Source: Pseudomonadota bacterium (GTDB lineage: Bacteria > Myxococcota_A > Bradymonadia > UBA4248). Taken from it: 64,000 nt of DNA. Where the stretch lies: assembly GCA_017441205.1 (NCBI GenBank), contig JAFRYG010000150.1, forward strand, positions 3,931 through 67,930, in the 5' to 3' direction. Positions 1-9,678 of the stretch are shown in pieces (within the stretch, counting starts at the first letter, position 1; each line of letters starts with the position of its first letter). Under the pieces are notes generated by a model. It was given only the letters and a program-made list of their open reading frames with translations, was not told where the DNA came from and searched no databases. The position numbers and the translations under genes are program-made.

Positions 1-1618
1 TCGTGAAAGGTTCACAGTCATTACCGCAGACCGAAACGCATTTGTTCTGTTTGGCGTCGAATTTCTCCCCCCTATTGCATTTGGTTTCTACCCACTGCAG
101 ACAGTTATTGCCCTTATCGGTACACGTTCTGTATTTCGCCACCCCCTGAACTTCTATTTTGCCTTTTGAACTACAGTTCGATGTGCAGGTCGCCACACAT
201 GATGTAGTTTTCGAATCGCAGACCTGCCCAGCAGGACATGCGGCAGGCGTCCCCCATGCCAGACATCCATCCGCATCCTTTGTACATTTAGCAATGCCAT
301 TGCCATCGCATTTCTTTTCATCGGCAGTACATTCATTATCGCACGATTTGACGCATTTGAGCGTTGCGGAATCACAGGTTCCCCCTTCGCAGGCATCGAC
401 GACCGACCACGATGCACACCCCTTATCATCGGGCTTGCACTGTTCCAGTCCTTCGGCAGAACAGCGAGTGGATTGATTTTCAACACAAATTTCCGTGCAG
501 CCATCGATACACGTAAAAGTCGTCTCGTCGCAGTGCTTGCCGCTCTCGCAGGTCGTTTCATGTACCCAGGCATTGCAATCAACCTCGGCGTCCTCATTTT
601 TCTGACATACATAGATATCCTCACCATCGCACTTCTTCTGGTCTTTGGTCGGATCACAGGCATTCAGACAAAGATCTTCTGCACCAATACATTCCAGCAT
701 ATCAGAATCACACTTTCCGCCTTCGCAGGGATCGACGACTGACCACGATGCACAGCCTTTTTCGTCGGGCGTACATTGTTCCAGGCCCGCAGAGGAACAA
801 CGCTTCAGCGCATTCTCATCACAGGTTTCTGCGCAGCCCTCGGCACACTCGAATGTCGTCTCATCGCAGTGATAACCATGATCACACGTTTTTTCAGATG
901 CCCAGGCATAGCATTCGACCTCGGCGTCCTCTTTTTTCTGGCAAGTCAGAATTTCTTCGCCATCGCACTTCTTCTGATCCGTGTTCGGATCGCAGGCGTT
1001 CGGGCAAGTATCCTCTGAAGTTCCGGGCTCGACGCATTCAAACCCCGTCGATTCGTCGCAATGCTGACCTTCCGGGCAGCCATCTTCCGGGCATTGCTTC
1101 TGTTCATCACCGACGCACTCAAACCCTGTAGATTCGTCGCAGTGCTGACCTTCCGGGCAGCCATCTTCCGGGCATTGCTTCTGTTCATCACCGACGCACT
1201 CAAAGCCCGTCGATTCGTCGCAATGCTGACCTTCCTCGCATTCTGCAGGACACTTTTTCTCTTCATCGCCGACGCACTCAAAGCCCGTCGATTCGTCGCA
1301 GTGCTGACCTTCCTCGCATTTTTCGGGGCATTTTTTGTCCGTGTTGGTATTGTCTGCACATTTCTTTGTGGATTCATCGCAGTGCTTGCCGTCGGAGCAG
1401 GTTTCCTTCTTAACCCATTCGTAGCATGCATCCTCGGTATCCTCGGACTTTTCACAAGCATAGACAGCATCACCATCGCATTTCTGTTCATCCGGAGTGC
1501 ACGCGTCCGTGCAGGGATTCCCGACTTTCTCAGCGCCAGCATCCGAGTCGCATCCACTCACGCCGATCAGAGCCAGAACTGACGACAACAAAACAAAACG
1601 AAACATCTTATGATTCAT
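1..1618 (-). CDS. Secreted cysteine-rich repeat lipoprotein, partial. The C-terminus runs off the left window edge. It is a paralog of the downstream gene 1972..4293.
   Basis: Reverse-strand translation from the ATG at 1618 gives MNHKMFRFVLLSSVLALIGVSGCDSDAGAEKVGNPCTDACTPDEQKCDGDAVYACEK.... A GGAGG sits 7 nt upstream. There is a signal peptide plus lipobox (GVSGC). There is no stop codon down to position 1, which explains its absence from the ORF track. The first 150 nt of the window are near-identical to 3181..3330 of the neighbouring gene. Confidence 0.75.
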   Translation of the reverse strand, partial: MNHKMFRFVLLSSVLALIGVSGCDSDAGAEKVGNPCTDACTPDEQKCDGDAVYACEKSEDTEDACYEWVKKETCSDGKHCDESTKKCADNTNTDKKCPEKCEEGQHCDESTGFECVGDEEKKCPAECEEGQHCDESTGFECVGDEQKQCPEDGCPEGQHCDESTGFECVGDEQKQCPEDGCPEGQHCDESTGFECVEPGTSEDTCPNACDPNTDQKKCDGEEILTCQKKEDAEVECYAWASEKTCDHGYHCDETTFECAEGCAETCDENALKRCSSAGLEQCTPDEKGCASWSVVDPCEGGKCDSDMLECIGAEDLCLNACDPTKDQKKCDGEDIYVCQKNEDAEVDCNAWVHETTCESGKHCDETTFTCIDGCTEICVENQSTRCSAEGLEQCKPDDKGCASWSVVDACEGGTCDSATLKCVKSCDNECTADEKKCDGNGIAKCTKDADGCLAWGTPAACPAGQVCDSKTTSCVATCTSNCSSKGKIEVQGVAKYRTCTDKGNNCLQWVETKCNRGEKFDAKQNKCVSVCGNDCEPFT

Positions 1619-1944
1619 GTCAACCTCCATAATCGCTGAGCAAAACGACACAAAACACACGCAGACAAAAAAAACGAACCCACAACTTTTATGGCGGTAA
1701 TGTATCACTTAAATGCAATTTGAAAAGCGTATTTTTTTTGTAACCAATTGACACCATTGGTTTAATCCCACACCGCCCTGCAGAGCGACCCCGTTTCATT
1801 TATGGCGAGGGGGACATCCTGCGCCAATGAGCGGCTTTGCGGAGATTGTTTGGTTGTGGCATGGGATTATTCAGAGGCTCATTGAGCATCAGGCATCGGA
1901 CACGAGTGACATCCGGTGACATACCAGGGTCAATCGCCCGATGC

Positions 1945-1980
1945 CGACGGAGGCCAAAACCTCCGAATAATTTATTTCTT
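1945..1980 (-). terminator. Stem-loop (ggagg-ccaaaa-cctcc) with flanking A/T runs immediately downstream of the gene 1972..4293.
   Basis: Inverted repeat 1949..1965 with T-rich flanks. Confidence 0.35.
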
Positions 1981-4293
1981 TTGGTAATCCACCGGGGTTA
2001 CGAAATCAAAATTGGCCACGAAGGCATGATTCTGCGTAAATCGATGCTCTGGCGCATCCATATCGATTTTGTAGCTCGGTTTTTTCTTGGGATCCTGAGG
2101 ATAATATTTGCTGCAGTAAAGCCATTCTTTCCCTGCTTTACCTTTTCCAAAACGATTTTTCCCGAGCGAAGATGTCGTAATCGAAGTGATGGTATAGTTT
2201 TTTGGATCGAACTTCAGCATTCTAAACCATCCCGTTCCGGCACCGCCATCATGTCTTTTGGTCACTTTTGTCTTGCCATCCTTGACCGTTTCACCATCCG
2301 GAATACATTTTCCTCTGATTCCGTTTTCGGACTGATAATCGACGACCATTTCGGCAACTGTATTCCCGTTATTGCCCTTATTCAGACGAAAACACGAACC
2401 GCTGTGATGTCCGTTGACGACGAGAATAATATTATTATGTTTTGCAACAAGATTTTTGAACATGTACTCGCCATTTGTCGCATTTTTATCAAAGTCTTTC
2501 AGTGCATCATTGTTCTTTTTGCTCGCATTGGAAAATCCGTTTGTATATTGACCGGATCCGTTCATACTGGGCTTGTCTTTACAATAATTATTTGCACCTG
2601 GCGTAATATATGCGTGAGATTCAATAATGACCTTATGATTGGGATATTTCGAAATGAGATCGTCGGCCCACTTGATCATCTCTTTGCGCGGAGCATATTC
2701 CAGGGCAATCACAAGAAAATCTATACCTGCTGCCTTAAATGTTATATATGAATTCCCGACTTTTGTAAAACCCTTAAACCATGCGCGATCCTTGAGCTTC
2801 GGACGCGAATTGTTAAACTTGCCGGACGAAGAGAATTTCGTTGCATCCCGTTTGGGGCCCTTACATTTGCTGCTGCCCTGAGAATTATCTTTACATCGCT
2901 TATAGTCGTGATTTCCAGGTGCAACCGTATAGGGCATATTCATGCTATCCATATATTTTGCATAAACTTTATCAGCGAACTGCCAGGCCTTTGAATCATT
3001 CGTATCTGTGATGTCCCCCAGATGAATGACAGCTTTAATGTTAAAATCTTTTCTGTAATCACTGATCCATTTGAGCTGATCCGGAAAAATATTCACACTT
3101 CCGTCCGTTTTGACAAATTCACCCTTACTATTTTTTTCAATATTTCGCGTGTAGTACTGTGTGTCCGGCAAAAACACGATAGTAAATGGTTCGCAGTCAT
3201 TGCCGCAGACCGAAACACATTTGTTCTGACCGGCATCGAATTTTTCGCCCTTCTTACATCTGGTCTCTTTCCACTGCAGACAGCCCTTTCCGTTGACGTC
3301 AGTACAAACCCTCTGCCACGTCGCATGGTTTTCCTTTTTACCTATTTCGGTGCAGTTCGAATTGCAGACATCGACACACTGAACGGTTTCCGAATCACAC
3401 GTTTTCTTATCCCCGCATGCTGCGGGTTCACCCCATACAAGGCAGCCGTCCGCATCCTTTATACATGTGGCAATACCATTGGCTTCGCACTTCTTTTCGT
3501 CATCCGCGCACTGATCATCACATGATTTGACGCATTTAAGCGTTTCTGGATCACAGGATCCGCCTTCGCAGGCATCGACAACCGACCATGAGGCACACCC
3601 CTTTTCGTCGGGAGCGCATTGTTCCAGTCCATCCACAGAACAGCGAGTGGACTGGGATTCCTCGCAAATCTCCGTACAACCGACGGTACACTCGAATGTC
3701 GTCTCGTCGCAGTGCTGGCCATTGTCGCACGTCATCACATGCGTCCATGTGTAACATCCATCGACCACCCCGCTTTCCTGACATTCATACAGATCCTCGC
3801 CATCGCACTTTTTGGGTTCCTTATCCGGATCGCAGGCATTCGGACAAAGGTCGATCTCATCATCATTGACGCATTCCAGCGAATCCGGATCGCAGGTTTT
3901 GCCCTCGCATCGATCGACGACGACCCAAGAGGCGCATCCGTTTGCGTCGGGCGTGCACTTGAGCAGTCCTTTCAGGGAACAGCGATAAAGCGATTCCTCA
4001 TCGCAGGTATCCGAACATTCGACAGCGACGCACTCGAATCTGGTTTCGTCGCAGGACTTGCCCTTCGCACATTTTTCCTTCACAGCCCATGCGTAACATG
4101 CACTCTCGTCTTCTTCATCTTTCTGACAAACATAGACTGCATTGCCATCGCACTTCAGATCATCCGGAGTACAAACATCCGTGCAGGCATCCCCGGTATC
4201 CGCTTTCTCAGAAACGACCTCGGAATCGCACCCGTTCAATCCGAGCAATGCAAGAGCAGACGACAACAAGACAAAACGAAATACCTTATTCAT
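1972..4293 (-). CDS. Secreted cysteine-rich repeat protein with a C-terminal calcineurin-like metallophosphoesterase domain.
   Basis: The track ORF 1972..4371 is trimmed to the internal Met, MNKVFRFVLLSSALALLGLNGC (signal peptide), which is preceded by GGAGGTG. There are about 8 repeats of the 'C..KC(D/E)G....C......CY.W....C..G..CDE..EC' type. The C-terminal part reads FLPDTQYY...HLGDITD...GNHDY...GHHS, which are metallophosphatase motifs. Confidence 0.8.
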   Translation of the reverse strand: MNKVFRFVLLSSALALLGLNGCDSEVVSEKADTGDACTDVCTPDDLKCDGNAVYVCQKDEEDESACYAWAVKEKCAKGKSCDETRFECVAVECSDTCDEESLYRCSLKGLLKCTPDANGCASWVVVDRCEGKTCDPDSLECVNDDEIDLCPNACDPDKEPKKCDGEDLYECQESGVVDGCYTWTHVMTCDNGQHCDETTFECTVGCTEICEESQSTRCSVDGLEQCAPDEKGCASWSVVDACEGGSCDPETLKCVKSCDDQCADDEKKCEANGIATCIKDADGCLVWGEPAACGDKKTCDSETVQCVDVCNSNCTEIGKKENHATWQRVCTDVNGKGCLQWKETRCKKGEKFDAGQNKCVSVCGNDCEPFTIVFLPDTQYYTRNIEKNSKGEFVKTDGSVNIFPDQLKWISDYRKDFNIKAVIHLGDITDTNDSKAWQFADKVYAKYMDSMNMPYTVAPGNHDYKRCKDNSQGSSKCKGPKRDATKFSSSGKFNNSRPKLKDRAWFKGFTKVGNSYITFKAAGIDFLVIALEYAPRKEMIKWADDLISKYPNHKVIIESHAYITPGANNYCKDKPSMNGSGQYTNGFSNASKKNNDALKDFDKNATNGEYMFKNLVAKHNNIILVVNGHHSGSCFRLNKGNNGNTVAEMVVDYQSENGIRGKCIPDGETVKDGKTKVTKRHDGGAGTGWFRMLKFDPKNYTITSITTSSLGKNRFGKGKAGKEWLYCSKYYPQDPKKKPSYKIDMDAPEHRFTQNHAFVANFDFVTPVDYQKK

Positions 4294-4610
4294 AAGCACC
4301 TCCATTGGCATTGAACACAACACAAATATTTTAAATAACCTGTTACACTTTGTACCACAATATTTGTTCAATTTCTACAAAATAAAAATATTTTTTTATC
4401 AATTTGATAATTTTATTCACATTTCACCGGTCCCGAGATCATTCACCGACAACAAGGGATCATTCTCAATGTGCAGCACCATTTTTTAAACGTATCGCTG
4501 CAATTTCAGATATATACATTTTCCTAAATTACACAACAGATTCAATGCAATACAAATAACATGTACGAAAGAACGCAAATATATCATCAGATTATTATAT
4601 ATAAAAAAAA

Positions 4611-4674
4611 GACGACGCGTATGACAAAGTCATAGCGTCGTCAAGCGCATCGTATGCGAAGCAAGATGCGCGCC
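4611..4674. repeat. REP-like palindromic element pair (gacgacGCGTATGAcaaagTCATAGCgtcgtc, then gcgcatcGTATGCgaagcaagatgcgc).
   Basis: Inverted repeats carrying the GCGTAT...ATAGC core shared with the elements at 6015, 9573, 23736, 35989, 42405, 48759, 57864 and 60664. Confidence 0.55.
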
Positions 4675-4856
4675 ACATAAAAAATGCGCCATCACGCCGT
4701 TGTATAATCCAACCAAAGCAAGATACGGGCCAACATACAGCCATGATTTTTATCTTATTTTTCAGATAATTATTTGCGACATCCCATAAAAATACTATTA
4801 TAGCCGGTCGGGGGAGTAAAGCAGAGTCACCCTACACATTTTGACAGGAGGCAGTT

Positions 4857-5948
4857 ATGAAAAAGTTCATTCTTCTGGCTCTGGCCATGTTATCATTTGT
4901 GCTGGTCACTTCGTGTTCCGAAGCTGATTTTGACGATGAGTTTGAGGAGGTCTCTGCTGCTGTCTTGCCGGGCCAACCCGTTTACGCTGACGGCACGCAG
5001 ATGAATAATCTGGTTGCCAAGCGTGTGGCCAAAAAAGTCAATTTCTGGGGCAAGAAGGAAATTGTCGACGAATTCAAGCAGTTCAATGTCCCGAATGCGG
5101 ATTTGGATGTTCTGTACAACGTCAGGATTGCCGAGATTGCCAATCCGGGCGTTCATAAAAACGTCATTTTCATGACAGCCGGACAGAAGATCTCCAGCAG
5201 CGGCCATCAGAACGGCATTACGGGACAGTTTGCGACGTGGGACAGCAACTGCGGCAATGTCCAGTGTACGGGTGTGAGCCTGGACGGTCGTTCCATGGCC
5301 ATGAAACTCAAAGCCCAGAACTGGTTCCCGAATGCCTGGTTCGCCGTAGCGCCCGACAACAATTTTGACTACACGATGTCGAGCGCCAAACGCAGCCGTC
5401 TCGTTCAGGGATTCACCAAATGGCTCGAAAAGAAAATCACGCCCGATACCGAAAATATCGTTCTGGCCGGAAGTTCGCGCGGCGGCTGTCTCGTCGTGCT
5501 GATGGCACAGGAACTGCGCAAAAAATCTGAGTACAATCACATCAACATCTACGTTTCATCGTACGACAGCGTGTGCAAGAGCGATGAGTTCGGCATCACT
5601 TCGACCAAAATCAACAATCCTGTCCGTCCGTCCGGCACATTTTACGGCGGCTGGGCGACCAATCTGAATGCCCAGTTCCCGAATCGCGGAAACCTCCACA
5701 TCTACCACATTTCCGGCGGCCAGGAGATTGTGGCTCTGACTGGTATCCGGACATTTTCCGGCTACAGCGGTTCGACACCGCCGGGTACGGGTTCAGATAT
5801 CGACTGGGGCTGGTACAAGCAAACTTGGGTGCCATGGGCCCACAAGGAAATCGGCAATCCCTATACGCGTCCTGCCGAGGGCGATCGCCCGCAGGCAATA
5901 GCTGATACGATCGATGCCCAGCTCTGGTGGCTCCAGAATCAGCTCTGA
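4857..5948 (+). CDS. Lipoprotein, putative alpha/beta-hydrolase (esterase/lipase-like).
   Basis: AGGAGG RBS. Signal peptide MKKFILLALAMLSFVLVTSC (lipobox). GxSxG nucleophile elbow (LAGSSRGGCLVVL). 363 aa ORF with clean coding frame. Confidence 0.7.
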   Translation: MKKFILLALAMLSFVLVTSCSEADFDDEFEEVSAAVLPGQPVYADGTQMNNLVAKRVAKKVNFWGKKEIVDEFKQFNVPNADLDVLYNVRIAEIANPGVHKNVIFMTAGQKISSSGHQNGITGQFATWDSNCGNVQCTGVSLDGRSMAMKLKAQNWFPNAWFAVAPDNNFDYTMSSAKRSRLVQGFTKWLEKKITPDTENIVLAGSSRGGCLVVLMAQELRKKSEYNHINIYVSSYDSVCKSDEFGITSTKINNPVRPSGTFYGGWATNLNAQFPNRGNLHIYHISGGQEIVALTGIRTFSGYSGSTPPGTGSDIDWGWYKQTWVPWAHKEIGNPYTRPAEGDRPQAIADTIDAQLWWLQNQL

Positions 5949-5967
5949 ACAGGTGCAGATAAAAATG

Positions 5968-6000
5968 AAGCCCGCATTTGGCGGGCTTTTTTTGTTTTTG
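5968..6000 (+). terminator. Rho-independent terminator (gcccgcatttggcgggc followed by tttttttgttttt).
   Basis: GC hairpin followed by a T-run, 20 nt after the stop at 5948. Confidence 0.65.
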
Positions 6001-6014
6001 TGTTTTGTGGTGCG

Positions 6015-6076
6015 CTGCTATTGGCCTTAGGCCAATACGCACGCGCAAAGCCGCTATTGCTCACGCAATACGCGGC
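6015..6076. repeat. REP-like element, two adjacent hairpins (gctattggcc-tta-ggccaatacgc, then gctattgc-tcac-gcaatacgc).
   Basis: Imperfect palindromes with the GCTATTGS/SCAATACGC core. Confidence 0.55.
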
Positions 6077-6094
6077 TTTTTTCAACCAAGGTTA

Positions 6095-6517
6095 TCAGCG
6101 GCCTTTAATACCACCCCGGCGCCCACCTGTTTTCCTGGTGGTGCTCCCGGAAGTTTTCTTGCTGGCAGAGGAATCGCTGCCAGCCGCTTTTTTGCCACTA
6201 TCCGCTGCATTATTCTCAGCTTTGGGAACCATATTCCTTCTTGGTTTCTTTGCTTCGCCAGCATCATCTGCAGCGCCATCACCTTCTGCGGCTGCACCAT
6301 CAGCGGCAGCTTCGCCCTCTGCGGCTTCGTCGGCTTTCGCTTCAGGGCATTCCGGACATGGCTCCGGTTCCGGGCAGACGACGGGTTCCGGACAGACGAC
6401 GGGTTCCGGACACGGAGGAGGCGGCGGCGGACAAATGGCATCCTGAACCTTTTCGCAGCCCGAAAGCGCCAACATAACGAGAATTCCACCCAGTACAGCA
6501 AAACTCTTTTTGTTCAT
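6095..6517 (-). CDS. Small lipoprotein with (CPEPVV)3 Pro/Cys repeats and an acidic/Ala-rich, Lys-rich tail.
   Basis: AAGGAA RBS. Signal peptide plus lipobox, MNKKSFAVLGGILVMLALSGC. An 18-bp DNA tandem repeat (x3) at 6361..6415 encodes the CPEPVV repeats. I prefer this over the overlapping plus-strand ORFs 5978..6544 and 6000..6446, which lack a signal peptide and RBS. Confidence 0.55.
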   Translation of the reverse strand: MNKKSFAVLGGILVMLALSGCEKVQDAICPPPPPPCPEPVVCPEPVVCPEPEPCPECPEAKADEAAEGEAAADGAAAEGDGAADDAGEAKKPRRNMVPKAENNAADSGKKAAGSDSSASKKTSGSTTRKTGGRRGGIKGR

Positions 6518-6556
6518 ATCATTTCCTTTATATTATATGGTTAAAAGGTTTTTCTA

Positions 6557-7414
6557 TCACTCACAAACGTCCTTAAAACCATCCACTTCAGTGCACACAT
6601 CAGAACACGTTGACTCAGCAGGTTTTGAGCCACCGCTGCAACTTAGGAGTGTAGTTTCATCCAGACAATATCCCGTGGCATAATTGCCCCAAATAACGCC
6701 ATATTTGCCGGAATCACTCTTCTGGCATACAGCATATTCGAACTTACCGCCATCACAATCACCCGTGCTTACCATATCATATTTAGTATCGTCTGAAGAA
6801 CATGACTCAACACAATCTACCTCACCTCCGAACAGATCACATGCGGTACCACTGCTACACTCATAAACTGCGTACTTGCCACTCTCACACACGAATGCAT
6901 CCCCACCGCAGCACAAATCTTTTGTACACTCGTCACCCTCATTGGGGCAATCACCTGCCGGCGGATTTGTCGAGCTCTCTTTCTTGCACTTCGCGGAACA
7001 GCCATCGCCGTCCGTCTTGTTGCCGTCATCGCATTCCTCGCCGCTTTCTTTCTTACCATTGCCACAGACGGCTGTTGGGGTTGCCTTTAATTTGCAATCG
7101 GCCGTGCAGTCATCACTGCCATCACATTCCTCGCCATTCTCAATTCTTCCATTGCCGCAAACAGGACTGGTCTGTGTCGGTGTCGATGGCGTCGATGGCG
7201 TCGATGGTGTGGTAGTTGTCGTTCCCGTTCCCGTTCCCGGATCCGTAGTGGTTTCATTCAAACAAAGAGCGGAGCAACCATCGCCATCATCGATGTTGCC
7301 ATCATCGCACTCTTCGCCTTCTTCCACGTCGAGTTCACCATTCCCGCAGTTATCGCATCCGGCCATACCGAATGCCGTAAGCAGCAGTGCAAGACTAAAA
7401 ACTTTCAGTTTCAT
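6557..7414 (-). CDS. Lipoprotein built from DUF4215/Myxococcus-type cysteine-rich repeats.
   Basis: Trimmed to MKLKVFSLALLLTAFGMAGC, which is preceded by GAAGGAG. Four repeats of CGNG.xE.GEECDDGN...GDGCS..C. Thr/Pro-rich linker (STPSTPSTP). Confidence 0.75.
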   Translation of the reverse strand: MKLKVFSLALLLTAFGMAGCDNCGNGELDVEEGEECDDGNIDDGDGCSALCLNETTTDPGTGTGTTTTTPSTPSTPSTPTQTSPVCGNGRIENGEECDGSDDCTADCKLKATPTAVCGNGKKESGEECDDGNKTDGDGCSAKCKKESSTNPPAGDCPNEGDECTKDLCCGGDAFVCESGKYAVYECSSGTACDLFGGEVDCVESCSSDDTKYDMVSTGDCDGGKFEYAVCQKSDSGKYGVIWGNYATGYCLDETTLLSCSGGSKPAESTCSDVCTEVDGFKDVCE

Positions 7415-7717
7415 AATAACTCCTTCAACGATGGGCCTTTCAGCCACTGTATCTATCAACCCATTCAAAGCCACAACTATCAGGCTGGCTTCGTATTTTA
7501 GATGTTCCGCAAAAGAACAAAACTGTTTCTAGGATAAAAACAACCCGCAATACTTTCAACAGTTTTTATGCATTATTGCAATTCCGACCACACGCCTCCG
7601 ACAAGAAATGCACACCTTCAGATGTGCTCCGGCTGCGGCATCCGACCTTTTGGGATGCCAAAATCCAATATAGCGCCGTTTCCGGCGCTATATGAATCAG
7701 ATACTGAATTTTTGGGA

Positions 7718-9424
7718 TTATCTTCTGCCGCTGCTCGAAGGACGGCCGCTGCTGCTGCGGGATACGGTGGAAGGACGGGAACCGCTTCCGCTGCGGCCAG
7801 AGCGACTGGCACGCGATCCGTTGCCTTCATCCTCTTCTTCCATGTACTGGCTCTTGCCGCTGGCGCTGGAAACACGTCCGGACGAAGAAGGACGGGAACC
7901 TGAACCGTAGGAACTGCCGCTGCTCGAGGAAGGACGGGAACCTGAACCGTAGGAGCTGCCTGTGCTCGTCGAAGGACGCGAACCTGAGCCATAGGAACTG
8001 CTGCTCGTCGAAGGACGGGAACCTGAGCCGTAGGAGCTGCTGCTCGTCGAAGGACGAGAACCTGAGCCGTAGGAGCTGCTGCTCGTCGAAGGACGCGAAC
8101 CTGTACCGTAGGAGCTGCCCGTGCTCGTCGAAGGACGCGAACCTGTGCCGTAGGAGCTGCCTGTGCTCGTCGAGGGACGCGAACCTGTTCCGTAGGAGCT
8201 GCCCGTACTCGTCGAGGGACGCGAACCTGTACCGTAGGAGCTGCCTGTGCTCGTCGATGGGCGGGAACCTACGCTGCTGCCCGTCGAAGGACGCGATGCT
8301 GTACCATACGATCCACTAGTGCTCGTCGAGGGGCGGGAACCTACGCTGCTGCCCGTCGAAGGACGCGATGCCGTACCATAAGATCCGCTACCAGTGCTCG
8401 TCGAGGGGCGGGAACCTACGTTGCTGCCCGTCGAAGGACGCGATGCCGTACCATAAGATCCACTGCCCGTGCTCGTCGAAGGACGCGAACCCACGTTGCT
8501 GCTGCCCGTCGAAGGACGTGATGCTGAACCATACGATCCGCTGCTGCTACCGGCCGAAGGACGCGAAACGGAGGCGTTGCCGCTCGTCGAAGGACGCGAA
8601 ACGGAGGCGTTGCCGCTCGTCGAAGGACGCGAAACGGAGGCGTTGCCGCTCGTCGAAGGACGCGAAACCGTACCGTTGTAGCTGCCGCCGGCAGACGGAC
8701 GCGAAACGGAATTATTTGCACCACTGTTTGCAGGTCTTGCAACGGAGTTGTTGCCTACATTGCCAGAAGGCCGGGCATTACCGGAGGTCTGATAGACAGT
8801 ATTCGCATTCACACTGCCGCGGCTATTGGAAGCCGATGCACCGCCGTGATTATGACCATGGCCATAATCGGGACCCTGCTGCATACCGACAGAAACCCGA
8901 CCGCCGCTGCTGTAGCGAACAGGCGGATGTGAGCTGTAGTAGCTATGGAGATCATAGTGCCTGTGATGGGGATCGTAATAGCTGTTGCGGGCACCATAGT
9001 ACGTATAATAGTTGTAAGAACCTACACGCGTATAGTTGTAATACCCGGAAGCTGCCCAGTGATGTCTGTGAGGCCCATTGATGTAGCACCAGTGATTCCC
9101 GTAGGGAAGGGGATGAACGCCCATGTAGTAATAGGTGTCGAAATAGATGTTGGAGACGTAGTAGCTCGGATCACCAACAAACACATAACGACCATTGTCA
9201 ATGACGTAAAAATCATCCGAATCCGGCGAATACAGATGGGTATGAGGTCCCTGAATATCGCACCAGTCTGCATTTCCGTTGATATCGTATACAGGATGGG
9301 GTCCATAATATGAAACCCGGGATGCTGCAGTACGCGTGGTGACCGTATATGTGCCCGAATAACACCCACTGAGTGAGAAAATTGAAACAAGCAGTGCGGC
9401 AAGTATTGAAAATCTTCTAATCAT
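7718..9424 (-). CDS. Lipoprotein with a His/Tyr-rich N-terminal domain and a long Ser/Gly/Thr-rich low-complexity repeat tail.
   Basis: Signal peptide plus lipobox, MIRRFSILAALLVSIFSLSGC. A duplicated 'W C x I x G P H x H' motif. About 350 aa of (GSRPSTSTGSSYGT)n encoded by a DNA tandem repeat at about 7900..8700. Confidence 0.7.
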   Translation of the reverse strand: MIRRFSILAALLVSIFSLSGCYSGTYTVTTRTAASRVSYYGPHPVYDINGNADWCDIQGPHTHLYSPDSDDFYVIDNGRYVFVGDPSYYVSNIYFDTYYYMGVHPLPYGNHWCYINGPHRHHWAASGYYNYTRVGSYNYYTYYGARNSYYDPHHRHYDLHSYYSSHPPVRYSSGGRVSVGMQQGPDYGHGHNHGGASASNSRGSVNANTVYQTSGNARPSGNVGNNSVARPANSGANNSVSRPSAGGSYNGTVSRPSTSGNASVSRPSTSGNASVSRPSTSGNASVSRPSAGSSSGSYGSASRPSTGSSNVGSRPSTSTGSGSYGTASRPSTGSNVGSRPSTSTGSGSYGTASRPSTGSSVGSRPSTSTSGSYGTASRPSTGSSVGSRPSTSTGSSYGTGSRPSTSTGSSYGTGSRPSTSTGSSYGTGSRPSTSTGSSYGTGSRPSTSSSSYGSGSRPSTSSSSYGSGSRPSTSSSSYGSGSRPSTSTGSSYGSGSRPSSSSGSSYGSGSRPSSSGRVSSASGKSQYMEEEDEGNGSRASRSGRSGSGSRPSTVSRSSSGRPSSSGRR

Positions 9425-9572
9425 GGCTTCCTCCCCTATGACTGCAATATGACTATTGTTTGGATACTCAAGCGATTGATTTCAAATCCGGCATCGTGTG
9501 CCTGATGATTAATTAAGCAATTGACGCGCCAAAATGAAATTTGTTTTTCTTTTGCTCTAAAAATATTTTGAG

Positions 9573-9598
9573 TGCGTATTGGCGATGAGCCAATAGCA
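9573..9598. repeat. REP-like hairpin (tgcGTATTGGCgatgaGCCAATAGCa).
   Basis: Same core as the other REP-like copies. Confidence 0.5.
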
Positions 9599-9639
9599 CG
9601 AAAACGCCGCGCATTCCCAAGGCAAAAGCGGCGTAAACA

Positions 9640-9672
9640 TAAAAAAAAGCCCCCTGGCGGGGGGCCTTTTTA
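9640..9672 (-). terminator. Rho-independent terminator for the giant TPR gene (gccccccgccagggggc + T8 on the minus strand). It also looks terminator-like on the plus strand.
   Basis: Perfect GC hairpin at 9648..9663 followed by TTTTTTTT on the minus strand, 10 nt after the stop at 9679. Confidence 0.7.
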
Positions 9673-9678
9673 TCCGAA

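Noticed and set aside
154-1557. Track ORFs 154..663(-), 946..1557(-), 159..476(+), 1061..1582(+) and others.
   Set aside because: They are off-frame or antisense to the real minus-strand Cys-repeat gene, which starts at 1618 and runs to the window edge. The real frame shows signal peptide, lipobox, RBS and Cys periodicity.
3619-4314. 231-aa plus-strand ORF and other plus ORFs at 3022..3525 and 1837..2751.
   Set aside because: They are antisense to the Cys-repeat/metallophosphatase gene and have no supporting signals.
5978-6544. Plus-strand ORFs 5978..6544 and 6000..6446 overlapping the small lipoprotein gene.
   Set aside because: They start inside or adjacent to terminator and REP hairpins and lack an RBS. 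The minus-strand ORF has a canonical lipoprotein signal and RBS. This call is uncertain, and the whole region is low-complexity.
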